The translations under genes were made by a program, and so were the position numbers. 64,000 bases of DNA, from NCBI RefSeq assembly GCF_045037415.1, contig NZ_CP173438.1; one strand, 5' to 3'. The notes below the pieces were generated by a model, which did not search any database, was not told where the DNA came from, and was given only the letters and a program-made list of their open reading frames with translations. Below, in pieces: positions 25,074-36,850 of the stretch. This stretch comes from Escherichia coli (GTDB lineage: Bacteria > Pseudomonadota > Gammaproteobacteria > Enterobacterales > Enterobacteriaceae). Numbering within the stretch: the stretch's first letter is position 1; each line of letters starts with the position of its first letter.

Positions 25074-25140
25074 TAGCCTGCGCAGACAAACCCGACTTCA
25101 CAGCGTAAGATAATTGTTCATTTCGCGCTGTGGAGTCGGT

Positions 25141-25716
25141 ATGACGCAACAAATCACCCTCGTTAAAGACAAAATTCTCTCCGATAACTATTTCACCCTG
25201 CACAACATTACTTACGATCTCACGCGCAAAGATGGCGAAGTTATCCGCCATAAACGTGAAGTTTACGATCGCGGTAATGGTGCGACGATCCTCCTGTACA
25301 ACGCGAAGAAAAAGACCGTGGTTCTGATTCGCCAGTTCCGCGTCGCTACCTGGGTTAATGGCAATGAAAGCGGGCAACTGATTGAAACCTGCGCCGGGCT
25401 GCTGGATAACGACGAACCGGAAGTGTGCATTCGCAAAGAAGCGATTGAAGAGACGGGCTATGAAGTTGGCGAAGTCCGCAAATTATTTGAACTGTATATG
25501 TCGCCAGGCGGTGTGACTGAGCTAATCCACTTTTTTATCGCCGAATACAGTGACAGCCAGCGCGCTAACGCCGGTGGTGGTGTCGAAGATGAAGATATTG
25601 AAGTGCTTGAGCTGCCGTTCAGCCAGGCGCTGGAGATGATTAAAACCGGCGAGATACGTGACGGTAAGACGGTGTTATTGCTTAACTATTTGCAAATGTC
25701 ACATTTAATGGACTGA
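25141..25716 (+). CDS. nudK: GDP-mannose pyrophosphatase NudK (Nudix hydrolase)
   Basis: ATG 25141 gives [27 protein letters not shown]...; Nudix box [21 protein letters not shown]. Confidence 0.93.
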   Translation: MTQQITLVKDKILSDNYFTLHNITYDLTRKDGEVIRHKREVYDRGNGATILLYNAKKKTVVLIRQFRVATWVNGNESGQLIETCAGLLDNDEPEVCIRKEAIEETGYEVGEVRKLFELYMSPGGVTELIHFFIAEYSDSQRANAGGGVEDEDIEVLELPFSQALEMIKTGEIRDGKTVLLLNYLQMSHLMD

Positions 25717-25841
25717 AAAATAACAATAATATTTCGTTGTTTATTATTGGCTCAATCCGACAAATCCGATTGAGCCGCGCTACCTGCGCAACGAAGATAC
25801 GACTTGTGCTGTTTGTTTGAACTTCTGGGGTCGTACCGTCC

Positions 25842-26886
25842 ATGCGATATCGCATTTTCCTTCTCTTTTTTTTCGCTTTGTTGCCGATGTCTTTGGTGTG
25901 GGCGGCACCAGCGCAACGGGCGTTTTCCGACTGGCAGGTCACCTGTAATAATCAAAATTTCTGTGTAGCGCGCAATACGGGCGATCATAATGGACTGGTG
26001 ATGACCCTGAGCCGCAGCGCCGGGGCGCATACCGATGCCGTTTTACGTATTGAGCGCGGCGGGTTGAAGTCGCCGGATGCGTCAGAAGGGGAGATAGCGC
26101 CACGGCTGCTGTTAGATGGTGAGCCGTTGGCGTTAAGTGGTGACAAGTGGCGGATTTCACCATGGTTATTAGTAACCGATGATACGGCAACCATCACCGC
26201 GTTTTTGCAGATGATTCAGGAAGGGAGGGCGATCACCTTACGCGACGGCAATCAGACTATTTCTCTGAGTGGCTTAAAAGCGGCGTTGTTGTTTATTGAT
26301 GCCCAGCAAAAGCGCGTTGGCAGTGAGAACCGCGTGGATAAAGAAAGGGGACGAACCGCCGCTCAGCGTACCGCCAGCGCCTGCGCTGAAAGAGGTCGCG
26401 GTGGTTAACCCAACGCCGACGCCACTCTCACTCGAAGAACGTAACGATTTGCTGGATTATGGAAACTGGCGGATGAATGGTCTGCGCTGTTCGCTTGATC
26501 CGTTACGTCGTGAGGTGAATGTCACTGCGCTGACCGATGATAAAGCGCTGATGATGATTAGCTGTGAGGCAGGGGCCTATAACACCATTGATTTGGCATG
26601 GATTGTGTCGCGTAAAAAGCCGCAGGCCTCGCGCCCGGTACGGTTGCGTTTGCCGTTCAACAACGGTCAGGAGACCAATGAACTGGAACTGATGAACGCA
26701 ACATTCGATGAAAAATCGCGTGAACTGGTGACCTTAGCAAAAGGGCGCGGATTAAGCGATTGTGGCATTCAGGCGCGCTGGCGCTTTGACGGTCAGCGTT
26801 TTCGCCTGGTGCGTTACGCCGCAGAACCCACCTGCGATAACTGGCATGGGCCAGACGCCTGGCCCACGTTGTGGATCACCCGTTAA
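25842..26886 (+). pseudogene. ypfG: ypfG (DUF1176 periplasmic protein) disrupted by an apparent +1 frameshift
   Basis: Two overlapping ORFs, 25842..26408 (frame 0, signal peptide MRYRIFLLFFFALLPMSLVWA) and 26296..26886 (frame 1), together span one gene-length locus; 1045 nt is not a multiple of 3. Confidence 0.6.
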
Positions 26887-26904
26887 ACAAAATGGCGGGG
26901 ACAT

Positions 26905-26955
26905 GTAGACCGGATAAGACGCACCAGCGTCACATCCGACAATCAGCATCCGGCG
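26905..26955. repeat. REP element
   Basis: gtagaccggataagacgcaccagcgtcacatccgacaatcagcatccggcg. Confidence 0.8.
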
Positions 26956-26962
26956 ATCACCA

Positions 26963-28966
26963 TCAGGCACCTTTCACTCCCAGTACCTTATGCGCTTTTG
27001 CCACAATATTCTCGGCGGTAAAGCCAAAGAACGGGAACAGCTTATCCGCCGGAGCTGATTCCCCATAACCTGTCATCCCGACAATTGCCCCTTTCAGGCC
27101 AACATATTTGTACCAGTAATCGGCAATACCCGCTTCTACTGCCACGCGGGCAGAAACATTTGAAGGCAGTACCGACTCCCGATATTTCTCATCCTGGGCA
27201 TCGAAAATATCGGTCGAGGGCAGGGAAACTACGCGAACATTGCGACCTTCTCCCGCTAATTTCTCTGCCGCTTGCAGGGTGATTTCCATCTCTGAACCGG
27301 TGGCAATCAGAATAATATCTGGCTTACCGCCGCTGTCTTTCAGCACATAACCGCCACGAGCAATCTCTTTAACCTGATCCGGTGTTCGTTCTACCTGTGC
27401 CAGATTCTGCCTGGAGAGGATCAGTGCTGTCGGTCCGTTGTGGCGCTCAACCGCCAGCTTCCAGCCAACCGCCGCTTCCACCTGATCGCACGGTCGCCAG
27501 GTGCTGAAATTTGGCGTTAAGCGCAGACTAGCCAGTTGCTCAACAGCCTGGTGCGTCGGACCATCTTCGCCCAGACCAATTGAGTCGTGGGTATAAACCA
27601 TAATCTGCCGCGCTTTCATCAGTGCCGCCATCCGCGCGGCGTTACGGGCGTATTCAACAAACATCAGGAACGTCGCGGTATACGGCACAAAGCCGCCGTG
27701 GTGCGCGATGCCGTTGGCGATAGCGGTCATACCAAATTCACGCACCCCGTAGTGAATGTAGTTGCCCGCCGGATCTTCCTTCAGCGAAACAGAACCTTTC
27801 CAGATGGTCAGGTTGCTGGGAGCCAGATCCGCCGAACCGCCGAGCAACTCAGGCAGCATCGGCCCGTAAGCGTTAAGCGTATTTTGCGAAGCCTTACGGG
27901 TAGCGATTTTCGCCGGATTCGCCTGCAACTCATTGATATATTTCTGAGTCGTTTTCTCCCAGTCCTTCGGCAAACCGCCGCTCATCCGACGGGTAAACTC
28001 TTCTGCCAGTTGCGGATGAGCCTTTTTATAGGCGGCAAACTTCTCATTCCAGCTCTGCTGCGCTTTTTCGCCTTTTTCGCGGGCATCCCAGGCGTGATAA
28101 ATCTCTTTAGGGATCTCAAATGGCGGATGGTGCCAGCCCAGTTTTTGCCGTGCCAGAGCTACTTCTTCTTCCCCCAGCGGTGCGCCGTGCGCCTCTTCCT
28201 TACCTGCTTTATTCGGCGAACCAAAGCCAATCACCGTACGGCAGATAATCAGCGACGGCTTATCTTTCACGCTTTGCGCTTCAAGGATCGCTTCCTTCAC
28301 CGCCTGCGGATCGTGGCCGTCGATCTCGTGGACCACATGCCAGTGATAGGCTTCAAAACGTTTTGCCGTATCGTCGGTAAACCAGCCTTCGGTTTCACCG
28401 TCGATGGAAATACCGTTGTGATCGTAAAAACCAATCAGCTTGCCCAGCCCCAGCGTGCCCGCCAGCGAACAGACTTCGTGAGAGATACCTTCCATCAGGC
28501 AGCCGTCGCCCATAAACACATAGGTGAAGTGATCGACAATTTCATGATCCGGCTGATTAAATTGCGCCGCCAGCGTACGCTCTGCTATCGCCAGCCCGAC
28601 GGCGTTCGCCAAACCTTGTCCAAGAGGACCGGTGGTGGTTTCAACACCTGGCGTATAACCGATTTCCGGGTGACCAGGGGTTTTCGAATGCAACTGACGG
28701 AAGTTCTTCAGTTCTTCCAGTGGCAGGTCGTAACCGGTCAGATGCAGCAAACTGTAGAGCAGCATCGACGCGTGACCGTTGGAAAGAATAAAGCGGTCGC
28801 GATCATACCAGGTTGGGTCGGTAGGGTTATGTTTAAGAAAATCGTTCCACAGCACTTCGGCAATATCAGCCATGCCCATCGGCGCGCCGGGATGACCAGA
28901 ATTGGCTTTTTGTACCGCATCCATACTGAGTGCGCGAATCGCATTGGCAAGGTCTTTTCGGGACAT
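26963..28966 (-). CDS. tktB: Transketolase 2
   Basis: ATG at 28966 gives [40 protein letters not shown]..., 667 aa. Confidence 0.97.
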   Translation of the reverse strand: MSRKDLANAIRALSMDAVQKANSGHPGAPMGMADIAEVLWNDFLKHNPTDPTWYDRDRFILSNGHASMLLYSLLHLTGYDLPLEELKNFRQLHSKTPGHPEIGYTPGVETTTGPLGQGLANAVGLAIAERTLAAQFNQPDHEIVDHFTYVFMGDGCLMEGISHEVCSLAGTLGLGKLIGFYDHNGISIDGETEGWFTDDTAKRFEAYHWHVVHEIDGHDPQAVKEAILEAQSVKDKPSLIICRTVIGFGSPNKAGKEEAHGAPLGEEEVALARQKLGWHHPPFEIPKEIYHAWDAREKGEKAQQSWNEKFAAYKKAHPQLAEEFTRRMSGGLPKDWEKTTQKYINELQANPAKIATRKASQNTLNAYGPMLPELLGGSADLAPSNLTIWKGSVSLKEDPAGNYIHYGVREFGMTAIANGIAHHGGFVPYTATFLMFVEYARNAARMAALMKARQIMVYTHDSIGLGEDGPTHQAVEQLASLRLTPNFSTWRPCDQVEAAVGWKLAVERHNGPTALILSRQNLAQVERTPDQVKEIARGGYVLKDSGGKPDIILIATGSEMEITLQAAEKLAGEGRNVRVVSLPSTDIFDAQDEKYRESVLPSNVSARVAVEAGIADYWYKYVGLKGAIVGMTGYGESAPADKLFPFFGFTAENIVAKAHKVLGVKGA

Positions 28967-28985
28967 ATAACACTCCGTGGCTGGT

Positions 28986-29936
28986 TTATAGTTTGGCGGC
29001 AAGAAGATCTTCCAGTTTGCGTTGATCAACGGCGAACAGACGAATGCCTTCAGACAGTTTTTCTACCGCCATCGCATCCTGATTGTGCTCCCAACGGAAC
29101 TCTGCTTCGCTCATGGGAGCTGGGCGTGGGAACGTCTGAGAAGGTGGGATTAATTTACGTACCACTGGCGAAACTTTTTCCTGTAGCTCCTTCAGCAAAT
29201 TCGGTGCGATAGTCAGTCGGTCGCAGCCGGTTAAGGCGAGGATTTGTTCGGTGCGACGGAAGCTCGCGCCCATCACAATGGTTTCATAGTGGTGTTGCTT
29301 ATAGTAGTCGTAGATATTGCGTACTGATTTAACGCCTGGATCTTCTTCCACCACATACGGGTCCATCGGCTTGCGTGCCTGATACCAGTCATAAATACGC
29401 CCGACAAATGGCGAAATCAGAAAAACGCCTGCTTCTGCACAGGCCCGCGCCTGTGCAAAAGAAAACAGCAGCGTCAGGTTGCAGTTAATACCTTCTTTTT
29501 CCAGCTCTTCTGCCGCGCGAATTCCTTCCCAGGTCGAAGCCAGCTTGATCAGAATGCGCGATTTCTCAACGCCTTGTTGCTGATACAAATCCACCAGATG
29601 GCGCGCCTTCTCAATACTCTTTTCTTTATCAAAAGAGAGGCGTGCATCAACTTCTGTTGACACGCGACCGGGTACGATTTTGAGAATTTCAGCACCGAAA
29701 TTGACCGCCAGTTTGTCACACGCTGCGACCACCTGTTGTTCCTGGGTCTTGCCATTTTTTTTACCCCAGGCGATAGCATCGTCTATTAAATGCTCATATT
29801 GTGATAATCCGGCAGCCTTGAGTAACAGCGAAGGATTGGTGGTGGCATCCTGGGGATGATAATGGCGAATGGACTCAATATCGCCGCTGTCTGCCACGAC
29901 AGTGGTGAACTGTTTGATGCCGTCTAACTCGTTCAT
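28986..29936 (-). CDS. talA: Transaldolase A
   Basis: 316 aa, [42 protein letters not shown]... Confidence 0.97.
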   Translation of the reverse strand: MNELDGIKQFTTVVADSGDIESIRHYHPQDATTNPSLLLKAAGLSQYEHLIDDAIAWGKKNGKTQEQQVVAACDKLAVNFGAEILKIVPGRVSTEVDARLSFDKEKSIEKARHLVDLYQQQGVEKSRILIKLASTWEGIRAAEELEKEGINCNLTLLFSFAQARACAEAGVFLISPFVGRIYDWYQARKPMDPYVVEEDPGVKSVRNIYDYYKQHHYETIVMGASFRRTEQILALTGCDRLTIAPNLLKELQEKVSPVVRKLIPPSQTFPRPAPMSEAEFRWEHNQDAMAVEKLSEGIRLFAVDQRKLEDLLAAKL

Positions 29937-30224
29937 AGGAAATACTCCTTGAAAAGTAAAGTGTTAGATGAGTGCGTTAATTCACACTTCTGAGAAATTT
30001 CGCTAAACGCATCAAAAAAGCATAGCAGACAGGCATGGTATTGCTGGATTAAGCAGGTAACATCAGTGTTATATGATTATTACCAAAACATTATATTAAT
30101 GGTGAGAGTTTGGACTTGCTCAAAGTCTGTAGACTCCGGCAGGGTAATAATGTGCGCCACGTTGTGGGCAGGGGCTGTTGCCCACACAATTTATTTGTGA
30201 ACGTTACGTGAAAGGAACAACCAA

Positions 30225-32504
30225 ATGGATGACCAGTTAAAACAAAGTGCACTTGATTTCCATGAATTTCCAGTTCCAGGGAAAATCCAGGTTTCTCCAA
30301 CCAAGCCTCTGGCAACGCAGCGCGATCTGGCGCTGGCCTACTCACCAGGCGTTGCCGCACCTTGTCTTGAAATCGAAAAAGACCCGTTAAAAGCCTACAA
30401 ATATACCGCGCGCGGTAACCTGGTAGCGGTGATCTCTAACGGTACGGCGGTGCTGGGGTTAGGCAACATTGGCGCGCTGGCAGGCAAACCGGTGATGGAA
30501 GGCAAGGGCGTTCTGTTTAAGAAATTCGCCGGGATTGATGTATTTGACATTGAAGTTGATGAACTCGACCCGGACAAATTTATTGAAGTCGTCGCTGCGC
30601 TCGAACCGACCTTCGGCGGCATCAACCTCGAAGACATTAAAGCGCCAGAATGTTTCTATATTGAACAGAAACTGCGCGAGCGGATGAATATTCCGGTATT
30701 CCACGACGATCAGCACGGCACGGCAATTATCAGCACTGCCGCCATCCTCAACGGCTTGCGCGTGGTGGAGAAAAACATCTCCGACGTGCGGATGGTGGTT
30801 TCTGGCGCGGGTGCCGCAGCAATCGCCTGTATGAACCTGCTGGTAGCGCTGGGTCTGCAAAAACATAACATCGTGGTTTGCGATTCAAAAGGCGTTATCT
30901 ATCAGGGCCGTGAGCCAAACATGGCGGAAACCAAAGCCGCATATGCGGTGGTGGATGACGGCAAACGAACCCTCGATGATGTGATTGAAGGCGCGGATAT
31001 TTTCCTCGGCTGTTCCGGCCCGAAAGTGCTGACCCAGGAAATGGTGAAGAAAATGGCCCGTGCGCCAATGATCCTGGCGCTGGCGAACCCGGAACCGGAA
31101 ATTCTGCCGCCGCTGGCGAAAGAAGTGCGTCCGGATGCCATCATCTGTACCGGTCGTTCCGACTACCCGAACCAGGTGAACAACGTCCTTTGCTTCCCGT
31201 TTATCTTCCGTGGCGCGCTGGACGTTGGCGCAACCGCCATCAACGAAGAGATGAAACTGGCGGCGGTACGCGCGATTGCAGAACTGGCCCATGCGGAACA
31301 GAGTGAAGTGGTGGCTTCAGCGTATGGCGATCAGGATCTGAGCTTTGGTCCGGAATACATCATTCCAAAACCGTTTGATCCGCGCTTGATCGTTAAGATC
31401 GCTCCTGCGGTGGCGAAAGCGGCGATGGAGTCGGGCGTGGCGACGCGTCCGATTGCTGATTTCGACGTCTACATCGACAAGCTGACGGAGTTCGTTTACA
31501 AAACCAACCTGTTTATGAAGCCGATTTTCTCCCAGGCTCGCAAAGCGCCGAAGCGCGTAGTTCTGCCAGAAGGGGAAGAGGCGCGCGTTCTACATGCCAC
31601 TCAGGAACTGGTAACGCTGGGACTGGCGAAACCGATCCTTATTGGTCGTCCGAACGTGATCGAAATGCGCATTCAGAAACTGGGCTTGCAGATCAAGGCG
31701 GGCGTTGATTTTGAGATCGTCAATAACGAATCCGATCCGCGCTTTAAGGAGTACTGGACCGAATACTTCCAGATCATGAAGCGTCGCGGTGTCACTCAGG
31801 AGCAGGCGCAGCGTGCGCTGATCAGTAACCCGACAGTGATCGGCGCGATCATGGTTCAGCGTGGCGAAGCCGATGCAATGATTTGCGGTACGGTGGGCGA
31901 TTATCATGAACACTTTAGCGTGGTGAAAAATGTCTTTGGTTATCGCGATGGCGTTCACACCGCAGGTGCAATGAACGCGCTGCTGTTGCCGAGTGGTAAC
32001 ACCTTTATTGCCGATACCTACGTCAATGATGAGCCTGATGCAGAAGAGCTGGCGGAGATCACCTTGATGGCGGCAGAAACTGTTCGTCGTTTTGGTATTG
32101 AGCCGCGTGTGGCTCTGTTGTCGCACTCCAACTTTGGTTCTTCTGACTGCCCGTCGTCGAGCAAAATGCGTCAGGCGCTGGAACTGGTCAGGGAACGTGC
32201 GCCAGAACTGATGATTGATGGTGAAATGCACGGCGATGCAGCGCTGGTGGAAGCGATTCGCAACGACCGTATGCCGGACAGCCCTTTGAAAGGTTCCGCT
32301 AATATTCTGGTGATGCCGAACATGGAAGCTGCCCGCATTAGTTACAACTTACTGCGTGTTTCCAGCTCGGAAGGTGTGACTGTCGGCCCGGTGCTGATGG
32401 GGGTGGCGAAGCCGGTTCACGTGTTAACGCCGATCGCATCGGTACGTCGTATCGTCAACATGGTGGCGCTGGCCGTGGTTGAAGCGCAAACCCAACCGCT
32501 GTAA
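30225..32504 (+). CDS. maeB: NADP-dependent malic enzyme (malic enzyme fused to PTA-like domain)
   Basis: 759 aa, [47 protein letters not shown]... Confidence 0.97.
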   Translation: MDDQLKQSALDFHEFPVPGKIQVSPTKPLATQRDLALAYSPGVAAPCLEIEKDPLKAYKYTARGNLVAVISNGTAVLGLGNIGALAGKPVMEGKGVLFKKFAGIDVFDIEVDELDPDKFIEVVAALEPTFGGINLEDIKAPECFYIEQKLRERMNIPVFHDDQHGTAIISTAAILNGLRVVEKNISDVRMVVSGAGAAAIACMNLLVALGLQKHNIVVCDSKGVIYQGREPNMAETKAAYAVVDDGKRTLDDVIEGADIFLGCSGPKVLTQEMVKKMARAPMILALANPEPEILPPLAKEVRPDAIICTGRSDYPNQVNNVLCFPFIFRGALDVGATAINEEMKLAAVRAIAELAHAEQSEVVASAYGDQDLSFGPEYIIPKPFDPRLIVKIAPAVAKAAMESGVATRPIADFDVYIDKLTEFVYKTNLFMKPIFSQARKAPKRVVLPEGEEARVLHATQELVTLGLAKPILIGRPNVIEMRIQKLGLQIKAGVDFEIVNNESDPRFKEYWTEYFQIMKRRGVTQEQAQRALISNPTVIGAIMVQRGEADAMICGTVGDYHEHFSVVKNVFGYRDGVHTAGAMNALLLPSGNTFIADTYVNDEPDAEELAEITLMAAETVRRFGIEPRVALLSHSNFGSSDCPSSSKMRQALELVRERAPELMIDGEMHGDAALVEAIRNDRMPDSPLKGSANILVMPNMEAARISYNLLRVSSSEGVTVGPVLMGVAKPVHVLTPIASVRRIVNMVALAVVEAQTQPL

Positions 32505-32521
32505 TTCTTTTTTAACTCTCA

Positions 32522-32549
32522 CGCTTACCCTGAATATTCAGGGTAAGCG
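32522..32549 (+). terminator. Perfect inverted repeat downstream of maeB (probable terminator hairpin)
   Basis: cgcttaccctgaa tat tcagggtaagcg 13 bp stem; no clean T-run, so confidence limited. Confidence 0.45.
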
Positions 32550-32796
32550 GTTTAGCTGCAATATATTAGTAAAGTTTATTACTGAGTTTGCGAATAATAA
32601 AAAAATCAGTATATAAAATATCTCGATATTATTTTATTTATATTCATGCGTTGTATATGAAAATTTATGCACCACAGCAAATATCTCTCCATTCTTAGTG
32701 ATCTACCTCACCTTTTAAACGCGCTTGCCGAATTTTGTTATTTACTCTGACGAAAAATTGTCACGATACACGAAAGTTTTTCACAGGCGGCGACTC

Positions 32797-33132
32797 ATGG
32801 ATAAAGAACGCATCATTCAGGAATTTGTGCCCGGTAAACAGGTCACACTGGCGCATCTCATCGCGCATCCCGGCGAGGAACTGGCGAAGAAAATCGGCGT
32901 TCCGGATGCGGGCGCAATCGGCATTATGACGCTAACTCCCGGAGAAACGGCGATGATCGCCGGTGATTTAGCGTTGAAAGCCGCCGATGTGCATATCGGT
33001 TTTCTCGATCGTTTTAGTGGCGCGCTGGTGATTTATGGCTCGGTGGGCGCAGTAGAAGAAGCGTTATCACAAACCGTCAGTGGTTTAGGACGCTTATTAA
33101 ATTATACGCTTTGTGAAATGACCAAAAGTTAA
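32797..33132 (+). CDS. eutS: Ethanolamine utilisation microcompartment shell protein EutS
   Basis: ATG 32797 gives [32 protein letters not shown]..., 111 aa BMC domain. Confidence 0.93.
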
Positions 33133-33144
33133 TACGAGGCATTC

Positions 33145-33624
33145 ATGAAACGAATTGCGTTTGTGGGTACCGTCGGGGCAGGAAAAACAACGTTATTTAA
33201 TGCGTTGCAGGGGAATTATACCCTCGCAAGAAAAACACAGGCCGTGGAATTTAATGATAATGGCGATATTGATACGCCGGGTGAATATTTTAGCCATCCC
33301 CGCTGGTATCACGCCTTAATTACCACGCTACAGGATGTGGATATGCTGATCTATGTCCACGGCGCGAATGACCCGGAAAGTCGGTTGCCTGCCGGGTTGC
33401 TGGATATTGGCGTCAGCAAACGGCAAATCGCCGTCATCAGTAAAACGGACATGCCAGATGCTGACGTCGCCGCAACGCGAAAGTTATTGCTTGAGACGGG
33501 CTTCGAAGAGCCGATTTTCGAGCTAAACAGCCACGACCCGCAAAGCGTGCAGCAACTGGTGGATTATCTGGCATCTCTCACCAAACAGGAGGAAGCAGGT
33601 GAAAAAACTCATCACAGCGAATGA
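33145..33624 (+). CDS. eutP: Ethanolamine utilisation GTPase/acetate kinase-like EutP
   Basis: 159 aa, P-loop GTVGAGKTT. Confidence 0.93.
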   Translation: MKRIAFVGTVGAGKTTLFNALQGNYTLARKTQAVEFNDNGDIDTPGEYFSHPRWYHALITTLQDVDMLIYVHGANDPESRLPAGLLDIGVSKRQIAVISKTDMPDADVAATRKLLLETGFEEPIFELNSHDPQSVQQLVDYLASLTKQEEAGEKTHHSE

Positions 33625-34300
33625 TATTCGTGAAGCACACGCGCGCGGCGAACTGGCAATGTCCGTGGTTCTGCGCGCCAGCATTATTACCCCGGAAGCT
33701 CGTGAAGTGGCTGATCTGTTGGGTTTTACCATCACCGAATGTGATGAATCGATCCCGGTAACGGCGTCTGTTCCCGCCAGCGCATCAGCCGATAAAACCG
33801 AAAGCCAGCGCATCCGTGAAACCATTATCGCCCAACTGCCGGAAGGTCAGTTTACCGAAAGCCTGGTCGCGCAGCTGATGGAAAAAGTGATGAAGGAAAA
33901 ACAGTCGCTGGAACAGGGTGCACTGCAGCCGAGCTTTAAATCGGTGACCGGCAAAGGCGGCATCAAAGTTATTGATGGCAGCAGCGTCAAGTTTGGTCGT
34001 TTCGATGGCGCGGAACCGCACTGCGTAGGCTTGACTGATCTCGTGACCGGAGACGACGGCAGCAGTATGGCCGCTGGTTTCATGCAGTGGGAGAACGCCT
34101 TCTTTCCGTGGACCCTGAACTACGACGAAATCGACATGGTGCTGGAAGGGGAGCTGCATGTTCGCCACGAAGGCGAAACTATGATCGCCAAAGCGGGCGA
34201 TGTGATGTTTATCCCGAAAGGCTCCAGCATCGAATTTGGTACGACATCCAGCGTGAAATTCCTGTATGTCGCCTGGCCGGCTAACTGGCAATCCTTATGA
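33599..34300 (+). CDS. eutQ: Ethanolamine utilisation cupin-fold acetate kinase EutQ
   Basis: 233 aa, MKKLITANDIREAHARGELAMSVVLRASIITPEAREVADL...; start overlaps eutP by 26 nt. Confidence 0.93.
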   Translation: MKKLITANDIREAHARGELAMSVVLRASIITPEAREVADLLGFTITECDESIPVTASVPASASADKTESQRIRETIIAQLPEGQFTESLVAQLMEKVMKEKQSLEQGALQPSFKSVTGKGGIKVIDGSSVKFGRFDGAEPHCVGLTDLVTGDDGSSMAAGFMQWENAFFPWTLNYDEIDMVLEGELHVRHEGETMIAKAGDVMFIPKGSSIEFGTTSSVKFLYVAWPANWQSL

Positions 34301-35100
34301 AAGATTTCATCACCGAAGCATGGCTAAGAGCGAACCATACGCTCAGCGAAGGCGCAGAGATCCATCTCCCTGCGGACAGTCGCCTGACGCCCTCTGCCCG
34401 GGAGTTACTGGAAAGCCGCCATCTGCGCATCAAGTTTATTGACGAGCAGGGCCGCCTGTTTGTTGACGATGAACAGCAGCAGCCGCAGCCCGTTCACGGG
34501 CTGACCAGTAGCGATGAACATCCGCAGGCGTGCTGCGAACTGTGCCGCCAGCCGGTGGCAAAAAAGCCGGATACGCTGACTCACCTGTCGGCGGAAAAAA
34601 TGGTTGCCAAAAGCGATCCGCGTCTGGGTTTTCGCGCTGTTCTCGACAGCACCATTGCGCTGGCAGTGTGGCTGCAAATTGAACTGGCAGAACCGTGGCA
34701 GCCGTGGCTGGCGGACATCCGCTCGCGTCTTGGCAACATTATGCGTGCCGATGCGCTGGGGGAACCGCTGGGCGAGCAAGCGATTGTCGGGCTTTCTGAC
34801 GAAGATCTGCATCGGCTTTCTCACCAGCCGCTGCGTTATCTCGACCACGATCATCTGGTGCCGGAAGCCAGCCACGGGCGCGATGCGGCGTTGCTCAATC
34901 TGCTACGCACCAAAGTGCGGGAAACAGAAACCGTAGCGGCGCAGGTCTTTATCACCCGCAGCTTTGAAGTATTACGCCCGGACATTTTGCAGGCGCTGAA
35001 CCGCCTTTCCAGCACGGTCTACGTGATGATGATCCTGAGCGTAACGAAGCAGCCGCTAACGGTGAAGCAGATCCAACAACGACTGGGGGAAACGCAATGA
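34297..35100 (+). CDS. eutT: Ethanolamine utilisation cob(I)alamin adenosyltransferase EutT
   Basis: 267 aa, [43 protein letters not shown]...; ATGA overlap with eutQ. Confidence 0.93.
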   Translation: MKDFITEAWLRANHTLSEGAEIHLPADSRLTPSARELLESRHLRIKFIDEQGRLFVDDEQQQPQPVHGLTSSDEHPQACCELCRQPVAKKPDTLTHLSAEKMVAKSDPRLGFRAVLDSTIALAVWLQIELAEPWQPWLADIRSRLGNIMRADALGEPLGEQAIVGLSDEDLHRLSHQPLRYLDHDHLVPEASHGRDAALLNLLRTKVRETETVAAQVFITRSFEVLRPDILQALNRLSSTVYVMMILSVTKQPLTVKQIQQRLGETQ

Positions 35101-36113
35101 TTATTAAACGTTGTCGTGAACTGGCGTTGCGAGCGCCCGCCAGAGTAGTTTTTCCGGATGCGTTAGATCAACGTGTGCTGAAAGCTGCGCAATATTTACA
35201 TCAACAAGGTCTGGCAACGCCCATTCTGGTCGCCAATCCGTTTGAACTTCGTCAGTTTGCGCTCAGTCACGGCGTGGCGATGGACGGGCTACAGGTGATA
35301 GATCCGCATGGCAACCTCGCAATGCGGGAAGAATTTGCTCATCGCTGGCTGGCCCGCGCGGGCGAAAAAACGCCGCCGGATGCGCTGGAAAAACTTACCG
35401 ATCCGCTGATGTTCGCCGCTGCAATGGTCAGCGCCGGTAAAGCGGATGTCTGTATCGCGGGCAACCTCTCTTCCACGGCGAATGTGCTGCGTGCCGGATT
35501 ACGCATTATCGGCTTGCAGCCAGGCTGTAAAACGCTCTCATCCATTTTCCTGATGCTGCCACAGTACAGCGGTCCGGCGTTGGGTTTTGCCGATTGCAGC
35601 GTGGTGCCACAGCCGACGGCGGCACAACTGGCGGATATCGCGCTTGCCAGCGCCGAAACCTGGCGCGCCATCACCGGAGAAGAACCGCGCGTGGCGATGC
35701 TGTCGTTTTCCAGCAACGGTAGTGCCCGTCACCCCTGTGTTGCCAACGTCCAGCAGGCGACAGAAATCGTCCGTGAGCGCGCACCAAAGCTGGTTGTCGA
35801 TGGCGAGTTGCAGTTTGACGCCGCCTTCGTGCCGGAAGTGGCGGCGCAAAAAGCGCCTGCCAGCCCGTTACAGGGCAAAGCTAATGTGATGGTTTTTCCG
35901 TCGCTGGAAGCCGGAAATATTGGCTACAAAATCGCACAACGACTTGGCGGATATCGTGCCGTCGGGCCATTGATACAAGGACTTGCCGCGCCGATGCACG
36001 ATCTCTCTCGTGGTTGTAGCGTGCAGGAAATTATCGAACTGGCGCTGGTGGCAGCTGTGCCGCGTCAGACAGAAGTGAACCGCGAAAGCAGTTTACAAAC
36101 ACTGGTTGAATGA
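35097..36113 (+). CDS. eutD: Ethanolamine utilisation phosphotransacetylase EutD
   Basis: 338 aa PTA-family protein, [34 protein letters not shown]... Confidence 0.95.
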   Translation: MIIKRCRELALRAPARVVFPDALDQRVLKAAQYLHQQGLATPILVANPFELRQFALSHGVAMDGLQVIDPHGNLAMREEFAHRWLARAGEKTPPDALEKLTDPLMFAAAMVSAGKADVCIAGNLSSTANVLRAGLRIIGLQPGCKTLSSIFLMLPQYSGPALGFADCSVVPQPTAAQLADIALASAETWRAITGEEPRVAMLSFSSNGSARHPCVANVQQATEIVRERAPKLVVDGELQFDAAFVPEVAAQKAPASPLQGKANVMVFPSLEAGNIGYKIAQRLGGYRAVGPLIQGLAAPMHDLSRGCSVQEIIELALVAAVPRQTEVNRESSLQTLVE

Positions 36114-36151
36114 ACGGTCCCGTTCTGGACCCTGATAAAGAGGAAAGCACA

Positions 36152-36445
36152 ATGGAAGCATTAGGAATGATCGAAACCCGGGGCCTGGTTGCACTGATTG
36201 AGGCTTCTGACGCGATGGTTAAAGCTGCGCGCGTCAAGCTGGTTGGTGTTAAGCAGATTGGCGGCGGCCTGTGTACTGCCATGGTTCGTGGTGATGTTGC
36301 AGCCTGTAAAGCCGCGACCGATGCAGGTGCCGCAGCGGCACAGCGTATCGGCGAGCTGGTATCTGTACACGTTATCCCGCGTCCGCACGGCGACCTGGAA
36401 GAAGTCTTCCCGATCGGCCTGAAAGGCGATAGCAGCAACCTGTAA
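36152..36445 (+). CDS. eutM: Major BMC shell protein EutM
   Basis: ATG 36152 gives [39 protein letters not shown]..., 97 aa. Confidence 0.97.
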   Translation: MEALGMIETRGLVALIEASDAMVKAARVKLVGVKQIGGGLCTAMVRGDVAACKAATDAGAAAAQRIGELVSVHVIPRPHGDLEEVFPIGLKGDSSNL

Positions 36446-36551
36446 TCACCCTGTGTGACGTCGATTCGGGCGTCACGCTCTCTCCTTTTTCATTTTACCT
36501 TCTGCGGAGGGTAGGGGGAGCTTTTACCTGAAATACGCCACGGAGGCGGGT

Positions 36552-36839
36552 ATGAAACTGGCAGTCGTCACTGGACAAATTGTTTGTACCGTACGCCATC
36601 ACGGACTGGCGCATGACAAATTGCTGATGGTGGAAATGATTGATCCACAAGGTAATCCTGACGGGCAATGCGCCGTCGCCATCGACAATATTGGCGCGGG
36701 AACCGGGGAGTGGGTGTTACTGGTGAGTGGCAGTTCCGCCCGCCAGGCGCATAAAAGCGAAACGTCACCGGTCGATCTGTGCGTGATTGGCATTGTCGAT
36801 GAGGTGGTGTCTGGCGGTCAGGTCATTTTCCACAAATAA
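36552..36839 (+). CDS. eutN: BMC vertex (pentamer) protein EutN
   Basis: 95 aa, MKLAVVTGQIVCTVRHHGLAHDKLLMVEMIDPQGNPDGQ... Confidence 0.95.
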   Translation: MKLAVVTGQIVCTVRHHGLAHDKLLMVEMIDPQGNPDGQCAVAIDNIGAGTGEWVLLVSGSSARQAHKSETSPVDLCVIGIVDEVVSGGQVIFHK

Positions 36840-36850
36840 GGCAGAACATC

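Noticed and set aside
27587-29212. 541 aa ORF on the plus strand
   Set aside because: Entirely antisense to tktB and talA, which have clear identities and correct lengths; long antisense ORFs are expected in GC-rich, codon-biased genes. No RBS or independent support.
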